Shown piece after piece: positions 43,757 to 54,422 of a DNA stretch of 64,000 nucleotides. The notes under the pieces are model-generated. The model ran no database searches, had not been told where the DNA came from, and worked only from the letters and a program-made list of their open reading frames with translations. The position numbers were made by a program, and so were the translations under genes. This DNA is from Thermodesulfobium acidiphilum (lineage in GTDB: Bacteria; Thermodesulfobiota; Thermodesulfobiia; Thermodesulfobiales; Thermodesulfobiaceae), in NCBI RefSeq assembly GCF_003057965.1, contig NZ_CP020921.1, forward strand, positions 732,916 through 796,915, read 5' to 3'. The first letter of the stretch is position 1. Every line of letters starts with the position of its first letter.

Positions 43757-46700
43757 ATGAAGTTTGGTTTAGCTGGTAAAATTGCACAACTTTTTATAAG
43801 ATCTAAGCTTACTCCTTTGATAGTTATAACAGCTTTAATTTTAGGCGTTTTTGCTGTAATTGTTACTCCCAGAGAAGAGGATCCGCAAATAGTTGTCCCT
43901 ATGATTGACGTTTTTGTTCAATATCCTGGAGCCTCAGCAAAAGAAGTTGAGGAAAGGGTAACAAAGCCTATGGAAAAATTTTTATGGGAAATTAAGGGTG
44001 TAGAGTATATATATTCTGTTTCTAAGCCAGGGTTAAGCATGGTAACGGTTAGATATAAAGTTGGAGAAGATATGGAAAAGAGTATTACAAACCTTTACAC
44101 AAAACTCTTTTCTCATCTTGATTTAATTCCTCCCGGAGTTTCAATGCCTATTGTAAAGCCGAAATCTATTGATGATGTTCCGGTTTTGGCTCTAACTTTA
44201 TGGAGTAATGAGTATGATAGCTATGAACTTAGAAAAATCGCTTTGGAAACTTGTGACTATCTGAAAAAAGATTCTGATGTGGCAGAAACGCACATAATAG
44301 GTGGTCCAAAAAGAGAGGTAAGGGTTGATATTGACCCAATAAAGCTAAAATCCTACCATATATCACCTATGCAAATTTCTCAAATGATAAGTTCTGCTAA
44401 CGTTTCACTTTCTTCAGGATCTTTTCCTTTAAATAACTACGAATATTTAGTTGAAACCGGAACTTTTCTTAAAGATGCAAATGATGTAGGAAACGTGATT
44501 GTTGGGGTTTTTGATGGCAGACCTGTTAAACTTAGTGATGTTGCTACTATTACTGATGGTCCTCAGGAAGCAAAAAATTATGTATTTATGGGTTTTGGTC
44601 CATCCTGGAAAAAAGATATACCTGGTATAGAAAAATCTAGTATTTACCCTGCAGTTACTATAACGATTGCAAAAAAGAAAGGTACAAATGCTACTGAGCT
44701 AGCAGGGAGATTATTAAACGATATTTCTAGATTAAAAGGTAATGTTATACCAAATGGCGTTGTTGTAACTACGACTAGAAATTACGGAAATACAGCCAAC
44801 GAGAAATCAAATGAGTTGTTAGAGCATATGCTGCTTGCTGCAGTTTCAGTTACAGTCCTTATAGGTTTAAGTCTTGGAATTAGAGAGGCCTTAGTTGTTG
44901 CTGTAGCAATTCCTGTTACTTTAGCTCTCACTCTTTTGGCAACTTATTTATTTGGTTTTACTTTAAACAGGGTTACTCTATTTGCTTTGATATTTTCTAT
45001 AGGTATTTTAGTAGATGATGCTATTGTTGTTGTAGAAAACATACACAGACACTTTAGAGAGAAAGAGGTTTCTGTACTTGTTGCTCTTCAGGCAGTTAAT
45101 GAAGTAGGTAATCCTACAATTCTTGCTACTTTTACGGTAATAGCAGCACTTTTACCCATGGCATTTGTTTCTGGTATGATGGGTCCATATATGAAACCGA
45201 TTCCTATTGGCGCTTCTGCTGCCATGATAATTTCACTGCTTATTGCATTTATAATTAGTCCATGGCTTAGCTATATTGTTTTGAAAAACGTTAAAAGAAC
45301 ACAAAAAGAGAAAGAAAATAGGATAATATCATCTTTTAATAAAATATACAGGAAAAATCTTACATTAATGTTAGAAAGTGGTAAAAAAAGAACTACATTT
45401 ATAATTTTTACTATTGTATGTCTTTTAGCTGCTGTGGCACTTTTGCCCTTAAAAATAGTTATGGTAAAAATGTTGCCATTTGATAACAAAAGTGAAATTC
45501 AGGTTTTAATAGACACTCCAAAGGGTACTACTCTTGAAACTACAAATGCTCTTGCTGAAAAAATAGCTGAATATATTAGAACTGTTCCTGAAGTTGAAAA
45601 TTATCAAATATATTCTGGGACAGCTTCCCCAATAACCTTTAATGGACTTGTAAGACACTATTTTCTTAGAAAGGGCGATGATGTAGCTGATATTCAAATA
45701 AATTTGGTACCTAAGGATGAGAGAAGTGCCCAAAGTCACGATATTGCAAAAAGAATTAGGAAACCTATCGATCAAATTGCCAGTGCTTATAATGCGAGAA
45801 TAAAAATTGTTGAAGTGCCTCCTGGACCTCCTGTATTAAGTACCCTTGTTGCAGAAGTTTATGGCCCTAGTTTTAACGAACAATTAAAGATTGCTTCTAA
45901 GATCGAAGATATTTTCAAAAAAACGCGTGATGTTGTGGACGTTGATTGGTTGCAAAATGAGGAACAAACAAAATATATTTTTAAGGTTGATAAAGAAAAG
46001 GCTATGTATAATGGTATTTCAACTTATGCTATCGCACAAAGTCTTCAGATGGCACTTCACGGAAGCGATGCAGGACTTTTGCATACCGATCACAGTAGAG
46101 AGCCTGTAGAGATTTGGGTTCAGGCTCCTTTGAAAAATAGGGCAAGCCTTGATGGTTTACAAAGTATTTCGCTTCCTTCAGCAACAAATCATATGGTTTC
46201 GCTTGCTGAATTGGTGACACTAGAGAAAACTAGTGAAGATCAACCCATATACAGAAAAAATCTTAGACGAGTTGTTTATGTTATTGGTGATGTAGCTGGA
46301 AGAGAAGAAAGTCCTATATATGCAATTTTGAGAATGAATAAACCTATTTCTGAGATAAAAGTGCCAGGCAATAATCCTCTTAAGCTTTATTTTACACACG
46401 AGCCTCCACTTGGCTTAAATTATTCAGTAAAGTGGGATGGTGAATGGCAGATAACTTATGAAGTATTTAGAGACCTTGGAATAGCCTTTGCGGTGGTCTT
46501 AATTATAATTTATGTAATGATAGTCGGTTGGTTTAAGTCGTATATTACTCCTCTTATTATTATGGCTCCTATACCTCTTTCTTTGATAGGTATTTTGCCT
46601 GCACATGCACTTTTGAACGCATTTTTTACTGCTACTTCAATGATAGGATTCATTGCAGGTGCTGGTATAGTAGTTAGAAATTCGATTATTTTAGTGGATT

Positions 46701-46996
46701 TTATAGAGATGAAATTAAATGAAGGAGTTCCTTTGAAAGAGTCAATAATTGAGGGTTGTCTGGTTAGGTTTAGACCGATGTTTTTAACTGCAGCTGCGGT
46801 GGTAGTTGGTTCAAGCGTAATACTCTTTGATCCTATATTTCAAGGAATGGCTATATCGTTAATGGCAGGAGAAGTAGCAGTTACGATTTTTTCCTGGACA
46901 TTGCTTCCTATTCTTTACTTTATCTACAAGGATACTGAAATTAAGATTAAAGAAGGAAAAATAAAGTTTGACATAAAAAAGATTTTTAAGAGGTGA
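43757..46996 (+). CDS. RND efflux transporter permease (AcrB/AcrD/AcrF family)
   Basis: PREEDPQI, GILVDDAIVVVENI, GIVVRNSIILVDF, RFRPMFLT. Confidence 0.93.
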   Translation: MKFGLAGKIAQLFIRSKLTPLIVITALILGVFAVIVTPREEDPQIVVPMIDVFVQYPGASAKEVEERVTKPMEKFLWEIKGVEYIYSVSKPGLSMVTVRYKVGEDMEKSITNLYTKLFSHLDLIPPGVSMPIVKPKSIDDVPVLALTLWSNEYDSYELRKIALETCDYLKKDSDVAETHIIGGPKREVRVDIDPIKLKSYHISPMQISQMISSANVSLSSGSFPLNNYEYLVETGTFLKDANDVGNVIVGVFDGRPVKLSDVATITDGPQEAKNYVFMGFGPSWKKDIPGIEKSSIYPAVTITIAKKKGTNATELAGRLLNDISRLKGNVIPNGVVVTTTRNYGNTANEKSNELLEHMLLAAVSVTVLIGLSLGIREALVVAVAIPVTLALTLLATYLFGFTLNRVTLFALIFSIGILVDDAIVVVENIHRHFREKEVSVLVALQAVNEVGNPTILATFTVIAALLPMAFVSGMMGPYMKPIPIGASAAMIISLLIAFIISPWLSYIVLKNVKRTQKEKENRIISSFNKIYRKNLTLMLESGKKRTTFIIFTIVCLLAAVALLPLKIVMVKMLPFDNKSEIQVLIDTPKGTTLETTNALAEKIAEYIRTVPEVENYQIYSGTASPITFNGLVRHYFLRKGDDVADIQINLVPKDERSAQSHDIAKRIRKPIDQIASAYNARIKIVEVPPGPPVLSTLVAEVYGPSFNEQLKIASKIEDIFKKTRDVVDVDWLQNEEQTKYIFKVDKEKAMYNGISTYAIAQSLQMALHGSDAGLLHTDHSREPVEIWVQAPLKNRASLDGLQSISLPSATNHMVSLAELVTLEKTSEDQPIYRKNLRRVVYVIGDVAGREESPIYAILRMNKPISEIKVPGNNPLKLYFTHEPPLGLNYSVKWDGEWQITYEVFRDLGIAFAVVLIIIYVMIVGWFKSYITPLIIMAPIPLSLIGILPAHALLNAFFTATSMIGFIAGAGIVVRNSIILVDFIEMKLNEGVPLKESIIEGCLVRFRPMFLTAAAVVVGSSVILFDPIFQGMAISLMAGEVAVTIFSWTLLPILYFIYKDTEIKIKEGKIKFDIKKIFKR

Positions 46997-47003
46997 TAAT
47001 ATT

Positions 47004-47225
47004 ATGTATAGAGCTCCTACACAGAACTGGTATCTTGAAAGGATTATATTTCTTGTAGCAGGTATATTTGTATTGGTTAGTCTTTTCTTAGGACTTTTTT
47101 TGAATCCTTACTGGTTTATATTAACTTTTTTAGTAGGAATTAATTTGATAATATTTGCTTTGACAGGTTTTTGTATAATGGCAAACATTCTTTATAAATT
47201 AGGAGCAAAATCTAGATTGAAATAA
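47004..47225 (+). CDS. DUF2892 (YgaP-like) small membrane protein
   Basis: ERIIFLVAG...LVGINL....TGFC. Confidence 0.82.
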   Translation: MYRAPTQNWYLERIIFLVAGIFVLVSLFLGLFLNPYWFILTFLVGINLIIFALTGFCIMANILYKLGAKSRLK

Positions 47226-47250
47226 TTTACTATTAGAAAAGGGGTGAATA

Positions 47251-49017
47251 GTGCAAGAGGTTTTATTTTATAATGAATTAAATATAGCTTTATCTTTAGC
47301 TAAAGATGTTGGATCATACTTCGATAAATTATTTATAGAAAATCCAAAATTAGCTTTGAACAAAGTTGAGGATATTGAAGAGAAAATTTACTTATCTTTA
47401 AAGAAAAAATTTCCAGAATATGGATTTCACTGTGAATCTATGGGAATAGTATCACAATCAGCCCATGAAAACAATATATATTGGATAGTTTCAGCTCTTT
47501 CTGGTTTAGAACCATTTATAAAAGGTTACAGGGGTGCATGCGTTTCAATTGCGCTTTTGTCCAATAAAGAATTGGTTTTGGGAGTGGTTAACTCATTTAA
47601 TTTTGATGATTTATTTTATTGGACAAAGGGTTTAGATTGTGTGTATAGAAATGAACAGAAAACGAATTGTAATCTTAAATCTAATGTCATTCTTACCTCA
47701 TATGAAGCTGATAAAAATAGTAGGACTAATTCAATTCTTTGTTATCCTTTTAAATATAAATGTGTTCCATCTTTTTCTTATAGATTAGCTCTATGCTCAG
47801 TGGGTGAAGGGGTTTTTGCAATTGATTGTTCAAGTCCAACAACATTTTCATATGCTGCATCTCATGCTCTTTTAATTGGAAATGGGTTAAATCTTTACGA
47901 CGAAATGGGTAAAGAAATCGTATACTCAAAGCAAGGTTATAGCGGATGCGGCCAGGTGTGTTTTGGAGGGAAGTATGAAGTAATAAGAGATTTTATTGGC
48001 AAGAATTGGAAGAGTGTACTCTATAGGCCACTGCTTGAAAATATTCTTAATCTTAATCAGACAGAAGTTCCTAAGCTTGGCAGGAGTGTTAAGGATAAAG
48101 AATTGCTTTCTAAGGTTCAAGGTACCCTGATTGGTTTGGTGATTGGCGATTCGTTTGGATATTCTAATAGTAACGAAAAAATTATTGACTTTACTATTGA
48201 AAATCAAATGTTAGAACCTGTAAATTCTGAAATTGTTATTATTTTGTCAAGAGTTTTATCAAAATATTGCCTGTATGAGCCTAAAAAAGTTATAGAATCT
48301 TATTTATATTGGTATAATTCTGAACCAGTAGAAGTTAGTTTTTCAGAGTCAAGCGCTTTTAGCGTCCTTAATTCTTTGTCTCATATTCCAAAAAACTATG
48401 TTTCTGAATCTATTGATGATATTTCGAATTCTTTTTTGTTAAGAGTTATTCCTATAGCAATATTTACTTTAAATTTTTCGTTCGAAGAGGCTTTTGATAT
48501 CGTGGAAACTGATTGTAAGATAACTAATCCAAATTCTCTTTGTTTAGAGTGTGCAAAAATATTTTTATATAGCATAAGGTTAGCTTTAAAAAGAAAACTA
48601 TCAAAAGAAGATTTATATAAATATATTGTTAGATTTGTAAGTGAAAGTGATTTTTCTGATAATGTAAAGAATGCTTTGATTGATGCGAAAATACGAGTTC
48701 ATTCAGATCACAATAAAAACTCTGAAAACGTTTTAGTTTGCATTCAAAATTTGTTCTATGAAGTATTAAACTCAAATACCTTTGAGGAATCAATCATAAA
48801 AACATCAATAAGAGGAGGAGACACTTCCAAAAATTGTGCTTTAGTAGGTTCTTTGTTTGGTGCTTTATATGGGTTAGAAAATATTCCTATATATTTTAAA
48901 GATAAAATTCTTTCAAGTAGGTCTGTAAAAGGTTTGCCAAAGGTTGCATATCCTAGGCCTCAAGTATTTTGGCCTGTTGATATTCTAATTATTGCTGAAA
49001 ATCTTTTAAAATGTTGA
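47251..49017 (+). CDS. Inositol-monophosphatase-like / ADP-ribosylglycohydrolase-like fusion with degenerate active sites
   Basis: N-terminal IMPase-like (FPEYG, CVSIALL, LGVV, YRLAL..VGEG); C-terminal ARH-like (GTLIGLVIGDSFG, SNSFLLRV.P, RGGDTSKNCALVGSLFGALYG). Confidence 0.75.
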   Translation: MQEVLFYNELNIALSLAKDVGSYFDKLFIENPKLALNKVEDIEEKIYLSLKKKFPEYGFHCESMGIVSQSAHENNIYWIVSALSGLEPFIKGYRGACVSIALLSNKELVLGVVNSFNFDDLFYWTKGLDCVYRNEQKTNCNLKSNVILTSYEADKNSRTNSILCYPFKYKCVPSFSYRLALCSVGEGVFAIDCSSPTTFSYAASHALLIGNGLNLYDEMGKEIVYSKQGYSGCGQVCFGGKYEVIRDFIGKNWKSVLYRPLLENILNLNQTEVPKLGRSVKDKELLSKVQGTLIGLVIGDSFGYSNSNEKIIDFTIENQMLEPVNSEIVIILSRVLSKYCLYEPKKVIESYLYWYNSEPVEVSFSESSAFSVLNSLSHIPKNYVSESIDDISNSFLLRVIPIAIFTLNFSFEEAFDIVETDCKITNPNSLCLECAKIFLYSIRLALKRKLSKEDLYKYIVRFVSESDFSDNVKNALIDAKIRVHSDHNKNSENVLVCIQNLFYEVLNSNTFEESIIKTSIRGGDTSKNCALVGSLFGALYGLENIPIYFKDKILSSRSVKGLPKVAYPRPQVFWPVDILIIAENLLKC

Positions 49018-49044
49018 TAAAACTTTTATTATGGAGGTAATTAT

Positions 49045-49554
49045 ATGGATGCTATAGAAGCGTTGTTTAACAGAAGAAGTATAAGGATGTATACAGATAA
49101 AGAAATTCCTCAAGAAGATATAGAAACTATTTTAAGAGCGGCAATGTCTGCCCCTTCAGCAGGTGGGAGTAATGTTTGTCACTATATAGTAGTGAAGGAT
49201 AAGAATTTACTAAAAGAAGTTATTAACTATCATCAATATGCTCATATGCTTCTTAAAGCTAATGTTGCAATAGTTGTAGTTGCAGATCCATCTCTTGAAA
49301 AATATCCTGGCAGATGGCCTCTAAATTGTTCAGCGGCAATGGAAAACATTCTTATTGCGGCAACAGCGCTTGGTATAGGATCTTGCTGGGTTGGCATTTA
49401 CCCTGTAGAAGAGAGGATGAACGGTTTGAGAAAAATATTTAATATTCCTGATAATTTAATTCCATTTGCAATTGCTTCATTGGGTTATCCTGCAGAGAAG
49501 AAAAAACCTCATGGTGAATTAGATAAGTCAATTATTCACAACAATAAGTGGTAA
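49045..49554 (+). CDS. Nitroreductase family protein
   Basis: RRSIRMY, APSAG, ENILIAATALGIGSCWVG. Confidence 0.92.
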   Translation: MDAIEALFNRRSIRMYTDKEIPQEDIETILRAAMSAPSAGGSNVCHYIVVKDKNLLKEVINYHQYAHMLLKANVAIVVVADPSLEKYPGRWPLNCSAAMENILIAATALGIGSCWVGIYPVEERMNGLRKIFNIPDNLIPFAIASLGYPAEKKKPHGELDKSIIHNNKW

Positions 49555-49567
49555 TTAGAATTTATTA

Positions 49568-50545
49568 ATGTCATTACTGGAGATAAAAAATTTGTCTTTA
49601 GGAATTTATTCTGAAAAGAAAAAAAGATGGTCAAAAGTTTTAAATAATGTAAATTTTAGTCTTAATCAAAATGAATTTTTAGGTGTTGTAGGAGAATCAG
49701 GTTCTGGTAAAACAATTCTTGCAAATTCGATTTTAAAATTAATGCCAAAAAATTCAAAATTATTTTCAGGTTCTATACTTTTTAATGATAAAAATATTTT
49801 GAAACTCAGCGAAAATCAAGTTAGGGAAATTAGAGGGAGAGATATTTCAATAATTTTTCAGGATCCAATGAGCTCTCTTCATCCGCTCTTGACTGTAAAA
49901 GAACAAATAACTGAAATACTTTTAGCGCATGGAATTTATAAAAGGTCCAAGGCAGTTGAAGTTGCTTTAAATCTTTTGAAGGATGTAAAAATTGATCAAC
50001 CTGAATTGGTTTTAAGTAAATATCCATTTATGCTTAGTGGTGGTATTAGACAAAGAGTAATGATTGCCATTGCAATTTCTTGTAATCCTAAGGTTGTTAT
50101 AGCCGATGAGCCAACAACTGCTCTGGACGTAACGGTGCAGAAAGATATTTTAGATTTGATAAAGGCCTTTAAGAAGAGATTGAATTTTTCTCTTATACTT
50201 ATCTCCCATGATTTAGGAGTTATTTGGGAAAATACAGATAGGGTAGTAGTAATGTATTGTGGAAGAATAGTAGAAAGCGGCAAAACAAAGGACGTGTTAA
50301 GAAATCCTTTGCATCCTTATACATTTGGCCTTCTATCTTCTATGCCAAGAAGAATTAATAACAAATTGGAAATTGTAAAGGGAATCAAAGGCAGCATCTT
50401 ATCTTTAGATGAATTTCCTAATGATACATGCCCTTTTTTGCCCAGATGCGACTTTGCAACAAAAAGATGTAACGAACCTATATCTTTAGAACCTGTAGAC
50501 AACGATAGATTTGTAGCCTGTTTTAATAAGGCTGCATTCAAGTGA
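49568..50545 (+). CDS. Oligopeptide/dipeptide ABC ATPase (OppD/DppD-like)
   Basis: GESGSGKT, FQDPMSSL, LSGG, ADEPTTALDVTVQ, HPYT, C-terminal Cys cluster. Confidence 0.9.
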   Translation: MSLLEIKNLSLGIYSEKKKRWSKVLNNVNFSLNQNEFLGVVGESGSGKTILANSILKLMPKNSKLFSGSILFNDKNILKLSENQVREIRGRDISIIFQDPMSSLHPLLTVKEQITEILLAHGIYKRSKAVEVALNLLKDVKIDQPELVLSKYPFMLSGGIRQRVMIAIAISCNPKVVIADEPTTALDVTVQKDILDLIKAFKKRLNFSLILISHDLGVIWENTDRVVVMYCGRIVESGKTKDVLRNPLHPYTFGLLSSMPRRINNKLEIVKGIKGSILSLDEFPNDTCPFLPRCDFATKRCNEPISLEPVDNDRFVACFNKAAFK

Positions 50546-51504
50546 TGTTATTCCAAGCAAAAAATATTTATAAAAATTTTTTTAGAAAAAGTTTTTTTGG
50601 AATTAAGAATGATAGATCAAATGTTTTAACCAATATAAATATTAATATTCATGATAGGGATATTTTAGGGGTAGTTGGAGAAACCGGATCGGGCAAGAGT
50701 ACACTTGGAAAAATTTTTGTAGGGTTAGAAAAACCATCAAGTGGTACTCTTTACTACTATAACAATGATATTTTTAAATTAAATAAAAGAGATTTTAGGA
50801 AGTTTCAAAAAAACACTGCTTTCATATTTCAAGATCCTTATTCGTCTTTTAACCCTAGGATGAAGGTTTTAGATATACTCCAGGAACCACTTATTCTCAA
50901 TGGTGTTGAAAGAATTAAAAGGAGAGAGATAATTAATGAAATAATCGATAAGGTTGAATTAAGAATCGAGGATCTTGTAAAGTTTCCGTATCAATTTAGC
51001 GGTGGCCAAAGGCAAAGAATAGCAATAGCTAGATCTTTAATTCTTAAACCAAAGTTCTTAGTTGCCGATGAGCCTGTTTCTTCACTGGATCTCTCTGTAA
51101 AGGCTCAAATTTTGAAGTTATTTGAAGATATATATACTAAAAGCGATCTTACAATGATGATAATATCTCACGATCTCTCTATTGTTGAATATCTGTGTAA
51201 CAAATCAATAGTTCTCTACAAAGGTGTCATGATGGAAGAGGCTTTAACTGATATGTTATTTAGAAATCCCTTGCATCCCTACACAAGGCTCTTGATAGAA
51301 TCAGCTCCATCTTTGTATTCTGATAAAACTAAGGATATAGAATTGGAAACTTTTGAATCATCAAGTAATCTTGAAAGCGCGAAACCAGGATTGTGTCCAT
51401 TTTTGGAAAGATGTAAATTAAAAGTTGATAAGTGTAGAGAAAATTTTCCTGAGATTATAGAAGTAGAGAAAAATCATAAAGTAAGGTGCTTCAAGTATAT
51501 TTAA
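50542..51504 (+). CDS. Oligopeptide/dipeptide ABC ATPase (OppF/DppF-like)
   Basis: GETGSGKST, FQDPYSSFNPR, FSGGQRQRI, DEPVSSLD, HPYT. Confidence 0.9.
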   Translation: MMLFQAKNIYKNFFRKSFFGIKNDRSNVLTNININIHDRDILGVVGETGSGKSTLGKIFVGLEKPSSGTLYYYNNDIFKLNKRDFRKFQKNTAFIFQDPYSSFNPRMKVLDILQEPLILNGVERIKRREIINEIIDKVELRIEDLVKFPYQFSGGQRQRIAIARSLILKPKFLVADEPVSSLDLSVKAQILKLFEDIYTKSDLTMMIISHDLSIVEYLCNKSIVLYKGVMMEEALTDMLFRNPLHPYTRLLIESAPSLYSDKTKDIELETFESSSNLESAKPGLCPFLERCKLKVDKCRENFPEIIEVEKNHKVRCFKYI

Positions 51505-52691
51505 TATTCCCAGAGCATAAGCAAATTATAGGGTATACTCTTTACAATCTCCATATCTATCTTTCCAATTTTTGCCATTTTTTCCAATATTTCAATGGCT
51601 TCTTCATGCTTTATTCTATCTGTTCTATATGGTCTTTGCTGTCTAAGTGCAGCATAGACGTCTGCAACTGCCATAATTCTTTGTAGTTTACTAAGATCAT
51701 TCCCCTCCAAACCAAATGGATAACCGCTGCCATCTAAACATTCGTGATGAAAAGATGCTATATCTACAATTTCTTTATCTAATCCCAGAGAGTTTAAAAA
51801 TGAATATGTATAATAAGCGTGCGATTTCATGGTTAGCCATTCACTTCCTGTTAATTTATCAGGTTTTTCTAGAATATCAAGCGGGATAAAAATTTTTCCA
51901 ATATCGTGCAAAAAGCCAGCGGTTTCTAATTTTTGGCAATCCGCTGGAGTAAATCCCATTGTTTTAGCAATTGAAACAGCAGTATATGTTACATCGATTG
52001 AGTGAGATTTTGTAAATTCACTCTTTGCATCGATGAAGTTTTTCGCAATAGCTTTTACCATGCTTAATAATTGTTCATTATTCAATATTTCAAATCTATC
52101 ACCAACTAATAAGGAGTTTTCCTTCTTTAATTCATCAATATTGTTCATCAGAATTAAAAAGACATCGTTTTTTGATATTTTATTAAATGCATCAAACACA
52201 TCTTTAAATGATTTTTTATCTTTAAAAAGGGAATAGGTTTTTAGACTGAGCTCCTTTGTAGTAGTAAACTTGTTATTTCTAAATAAAACTTCAATTTCAT
52301 CAGCAAAGTAAATAATTTTTGAAAGTAGGTTTTGCGTATTTTCATTGTGATGATCTTTTATGATAGGTGCGAAGGTTTCGAAAAAAGGTATATCACGTAG
52401 CAATTCATAACCAGCATATGCATGCCTTCGAATATTTATGTCTTTCCTTTTGTTAATTTCAAGTAGCAAAGATCTTTCTTGAGTATATGCTCCTATGTCG
52501 TGCATTAAACAAGCATGATTCAGGTTTATTCTATCTTGCTTTTCTAAGTTCATTTCTTTAGATATTAAATTTGCGATGAAGCTAACCCTTAAACAGTGTT
52601 CGTATAGCAAAGTATTTGAGAAAAATAAAGTTTGTGTTTGTGAAATGGTTTCAACTAATTTTGTTAGATTAATTTTTCTATTATTAATCAT
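51501..52691 (-). CDS. Tandem HD / HD-GYP cyclic-dinucleotide phosphodiesterase
   Basis: Two HDIG motifs; C-terminal HHECLDGSGYPFG, VADVYAAL..RPYR. Confidence 0.88.
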   Translation of the reverse strand: MINNRKINLTKLVETISQTQTLFFSNTLLYEHCLRVSFIANLISKEMNLEKQDRINLNHACLMHDIGAYTQERSLLLEINKRKDINIRRHAYAGYELLRDIPFFETFAPIIKDHHNENTQNLLSKIIYFADEIEVLFRNNKFTTTKELSLKTYSLFKDKKSFKDVFDAFNKISKNDVFLILMNNIDELKKENSLLVGDRFEILNNEQLLSMVKAIAKNFIDAKSEFTKSHSIDVTYTAVSIAKTMGFTPADCQKLETAGFLHDIGKIFIPLDILEKPDKLTGSEWLTMKSHAYYTYSFLNSLGLDKEIVDIASFHHECLDGSGYPFGLEGNDLSKLQRIMAVADVYAALRQQRPYRTDRIKHEEAIEILEKMAKIGKIDMEIVKSIPYNLLMLWEY

Positions 52692-53352
52692 TGTTTAAGA
52701 TAGAGATTATGTCTTTTGGCTGATTAATATTTAAGACATTTTTTTCTTTTAGAATTTCATCTGGTCTGAATCCCCAAAGAACGCCGATTGGTAAAATTTC
52801 CGCATTTTTAGCTGTACATATGTCTATAAAGGTATCACCAACCATTGACCAATTTTCTTTCTCCAAATTTGAAAGTGAAATTATCTCGTAAATTGCTTTT
52901 GGATGTGGTTTTTTTGGTATTTGTGGCCTTGCTCCCAAAACTTTTAGAAAGGGAAAATTAGGAAAAAAGAAATCTGCCATCTCTTTTGTGAAAGAATCTG
53001 GCTTGTTTGAGAGTATTGCAACCCTATAGTTTTTTTCTTTTAAATAACCTAAAACTTCATATATTCCTTCATATGGCTTGCTGTTTTTTGACCAATTTTT
53101 CATATAGATTTCGCTGTAGGCTTTAAGTAATTTTGACTTTAACTCTTCTGAATATAGCTTTTTAGGGATGATCCGTTCTATTAAAACTTCCGAACCCTCG
53201 CCAACAAAATCTTTATAACTTTCTATTGGATATGGATCTAAATTATTTTCTAAAAGGGCTTGATTTGCACTTGTTGCAATGTCCTCGAGCGTGTTCACGA
53301 GCGTTCCATCAAAGTCAAAAATTATACCCTTAATTTTATTTTTTAGAGGCAT
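52684..53352 (-). CDS. HAD-family hydrolase (phosphoglycolate phosphatase-like)
   Basis: FDFDGTLVNT, LSNK, KKPHP, VGDT..D. Confidence 0.9.
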   Translation of the reverse strand: MPLKNKIKGIIFDFDGTLVNTLEDIATSANQALLENNLDPYPIESYKDFVGEGSEVLIERIIPKKLYSEELKSKLLKAYSEIYMKNWSKNSKPYEGIYEVLGYLKEKNYRVAILSNKPDSFTKEMADFFFPNFPFLKVLGARPQIPKKPHPKAIYEIISLSNLEKENWSMVGDTFIDICTAKNAEILPIGVLWGFRPDEILKEKNVLNINQPKDIISILNND

Positions 53353-53372
53353 ATTTATTATAGTGTACTATA

Positions 53373-54395
53373 TTAATAGTTATACTTATAAATCTCTATA
53401 AATAGTTTGTTTGCAAGATCTGGATTTAGACTCTTTAGTATCCTTTCTTCTATCATTGCAAAATGTTTTTCTCCAAGCTTTGCTAGAGCAACTCCCACAT
53501 AGTAGTGATAATTTGCATTATCAGGATCAAGCCTTATTGCATTTTTATATGCTTGAAAGATTAAACCGTTATCTGATCTTTTCCAAAAGATCTCTCCAAG
53601 TCTTGTTGACGCTAATAAATTGTCAGGGGCTTTAATTAAAACGTTTTCATATAAAGTTATAGCCCGGTCGTAATTTTTCTTTTCAAATGCAGTATTTGCA
53701 TTTTTTAGAAGTTGTTCAACGCTCTGATCATTAATTACGTTGACTGGATACAAACTTGCTAAGTTTTTTATGGTATATATTTTATCGAAAAGAGAATTTG
53801 CAAGAGAGGAATTCAAGTCCTTTAGGGCTCTGAATTGAAGGTATGAATTATACAAGTCATCTGTGGCTAAATATGAAAGGCCAAGCTGATACCTTGCATC
53901 CGAAAAGTTAGGATTAAGACTAACTGCTTTTGTATAATTTTTAATTGCCTGAAGATCATCATGCTGATTAGAATAAACTAATCCTAAATTGTAATAAATA
54001 TTAGCATTTGATGGATCTTTTTGAATAGCATCAGACAAAATAATTATAGCATCACTATTTCTTCCCAATCTCCTTAATGCTATTCCTTTGGTAAGCATTG
54101 CATCAGTAAAGTTTGGATCTATGCTTAGGGCTTTTGAGGCAATATCAATGGCAGTAGAAAGTTGATTGGTACCAATGTAACACTTTGCTAATTCATCATA
54201 TGCTTGAACATAAGTTTGATCCGTGTCTATTGCTTGCCGGAAAAACATTTTTGCTTTATCAAAATTTGACTCACTTAAATATTTTTCACCCAATAAAAAG
54301 TATTCTTTTGCAAGATCACTTTGAACAGATGCAAAAGAAGTGCTTGCAAAAACAAATAAAATCGAAAATAAAATTAACAAGGTTTTCTTAAGCAC
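53373..54395 (-). CDS. Secreted tetratricopeptide repeat protein
   Basis: Signal peptide, repeated A...DP....YYNLG TPR units; GTG 54395 after AGGAGG. Confidence 0.85.
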   Translation of the reverse strand: MLKKTLLILFSILFVFASTSFASVQSDLAKEYFLLGEKYLSESNFDKAKMFFRQAIDTDQTYVQAYDELAKCYIGTNQLSTAIDIASKALSIDPNFTDAMLTKGIALRRLGRNSDAIIILSDAIQKDPSNANIYYNLGLVYSNQHDDLQAIKNYTKAVSLNPNFSDARYQLGLSYLATDDLYNSYLQFRALKDLNSSLANSLFDKIYTIKNLASLYPVNVINDQSVEQLLKNANTAFEKKNYDRAITLYENVLIKAPDNLLASTRLGEIFWKRSDNGLIFQAYKNAIRLDPDNANYHYYVGVALAKLGEKHFAMIEERILKSLNPDLANKLFIEIYKYNY

Positions 54396-54422
54396 TCTTA
54401 GTCCTCCTATCATAAAAATAAT

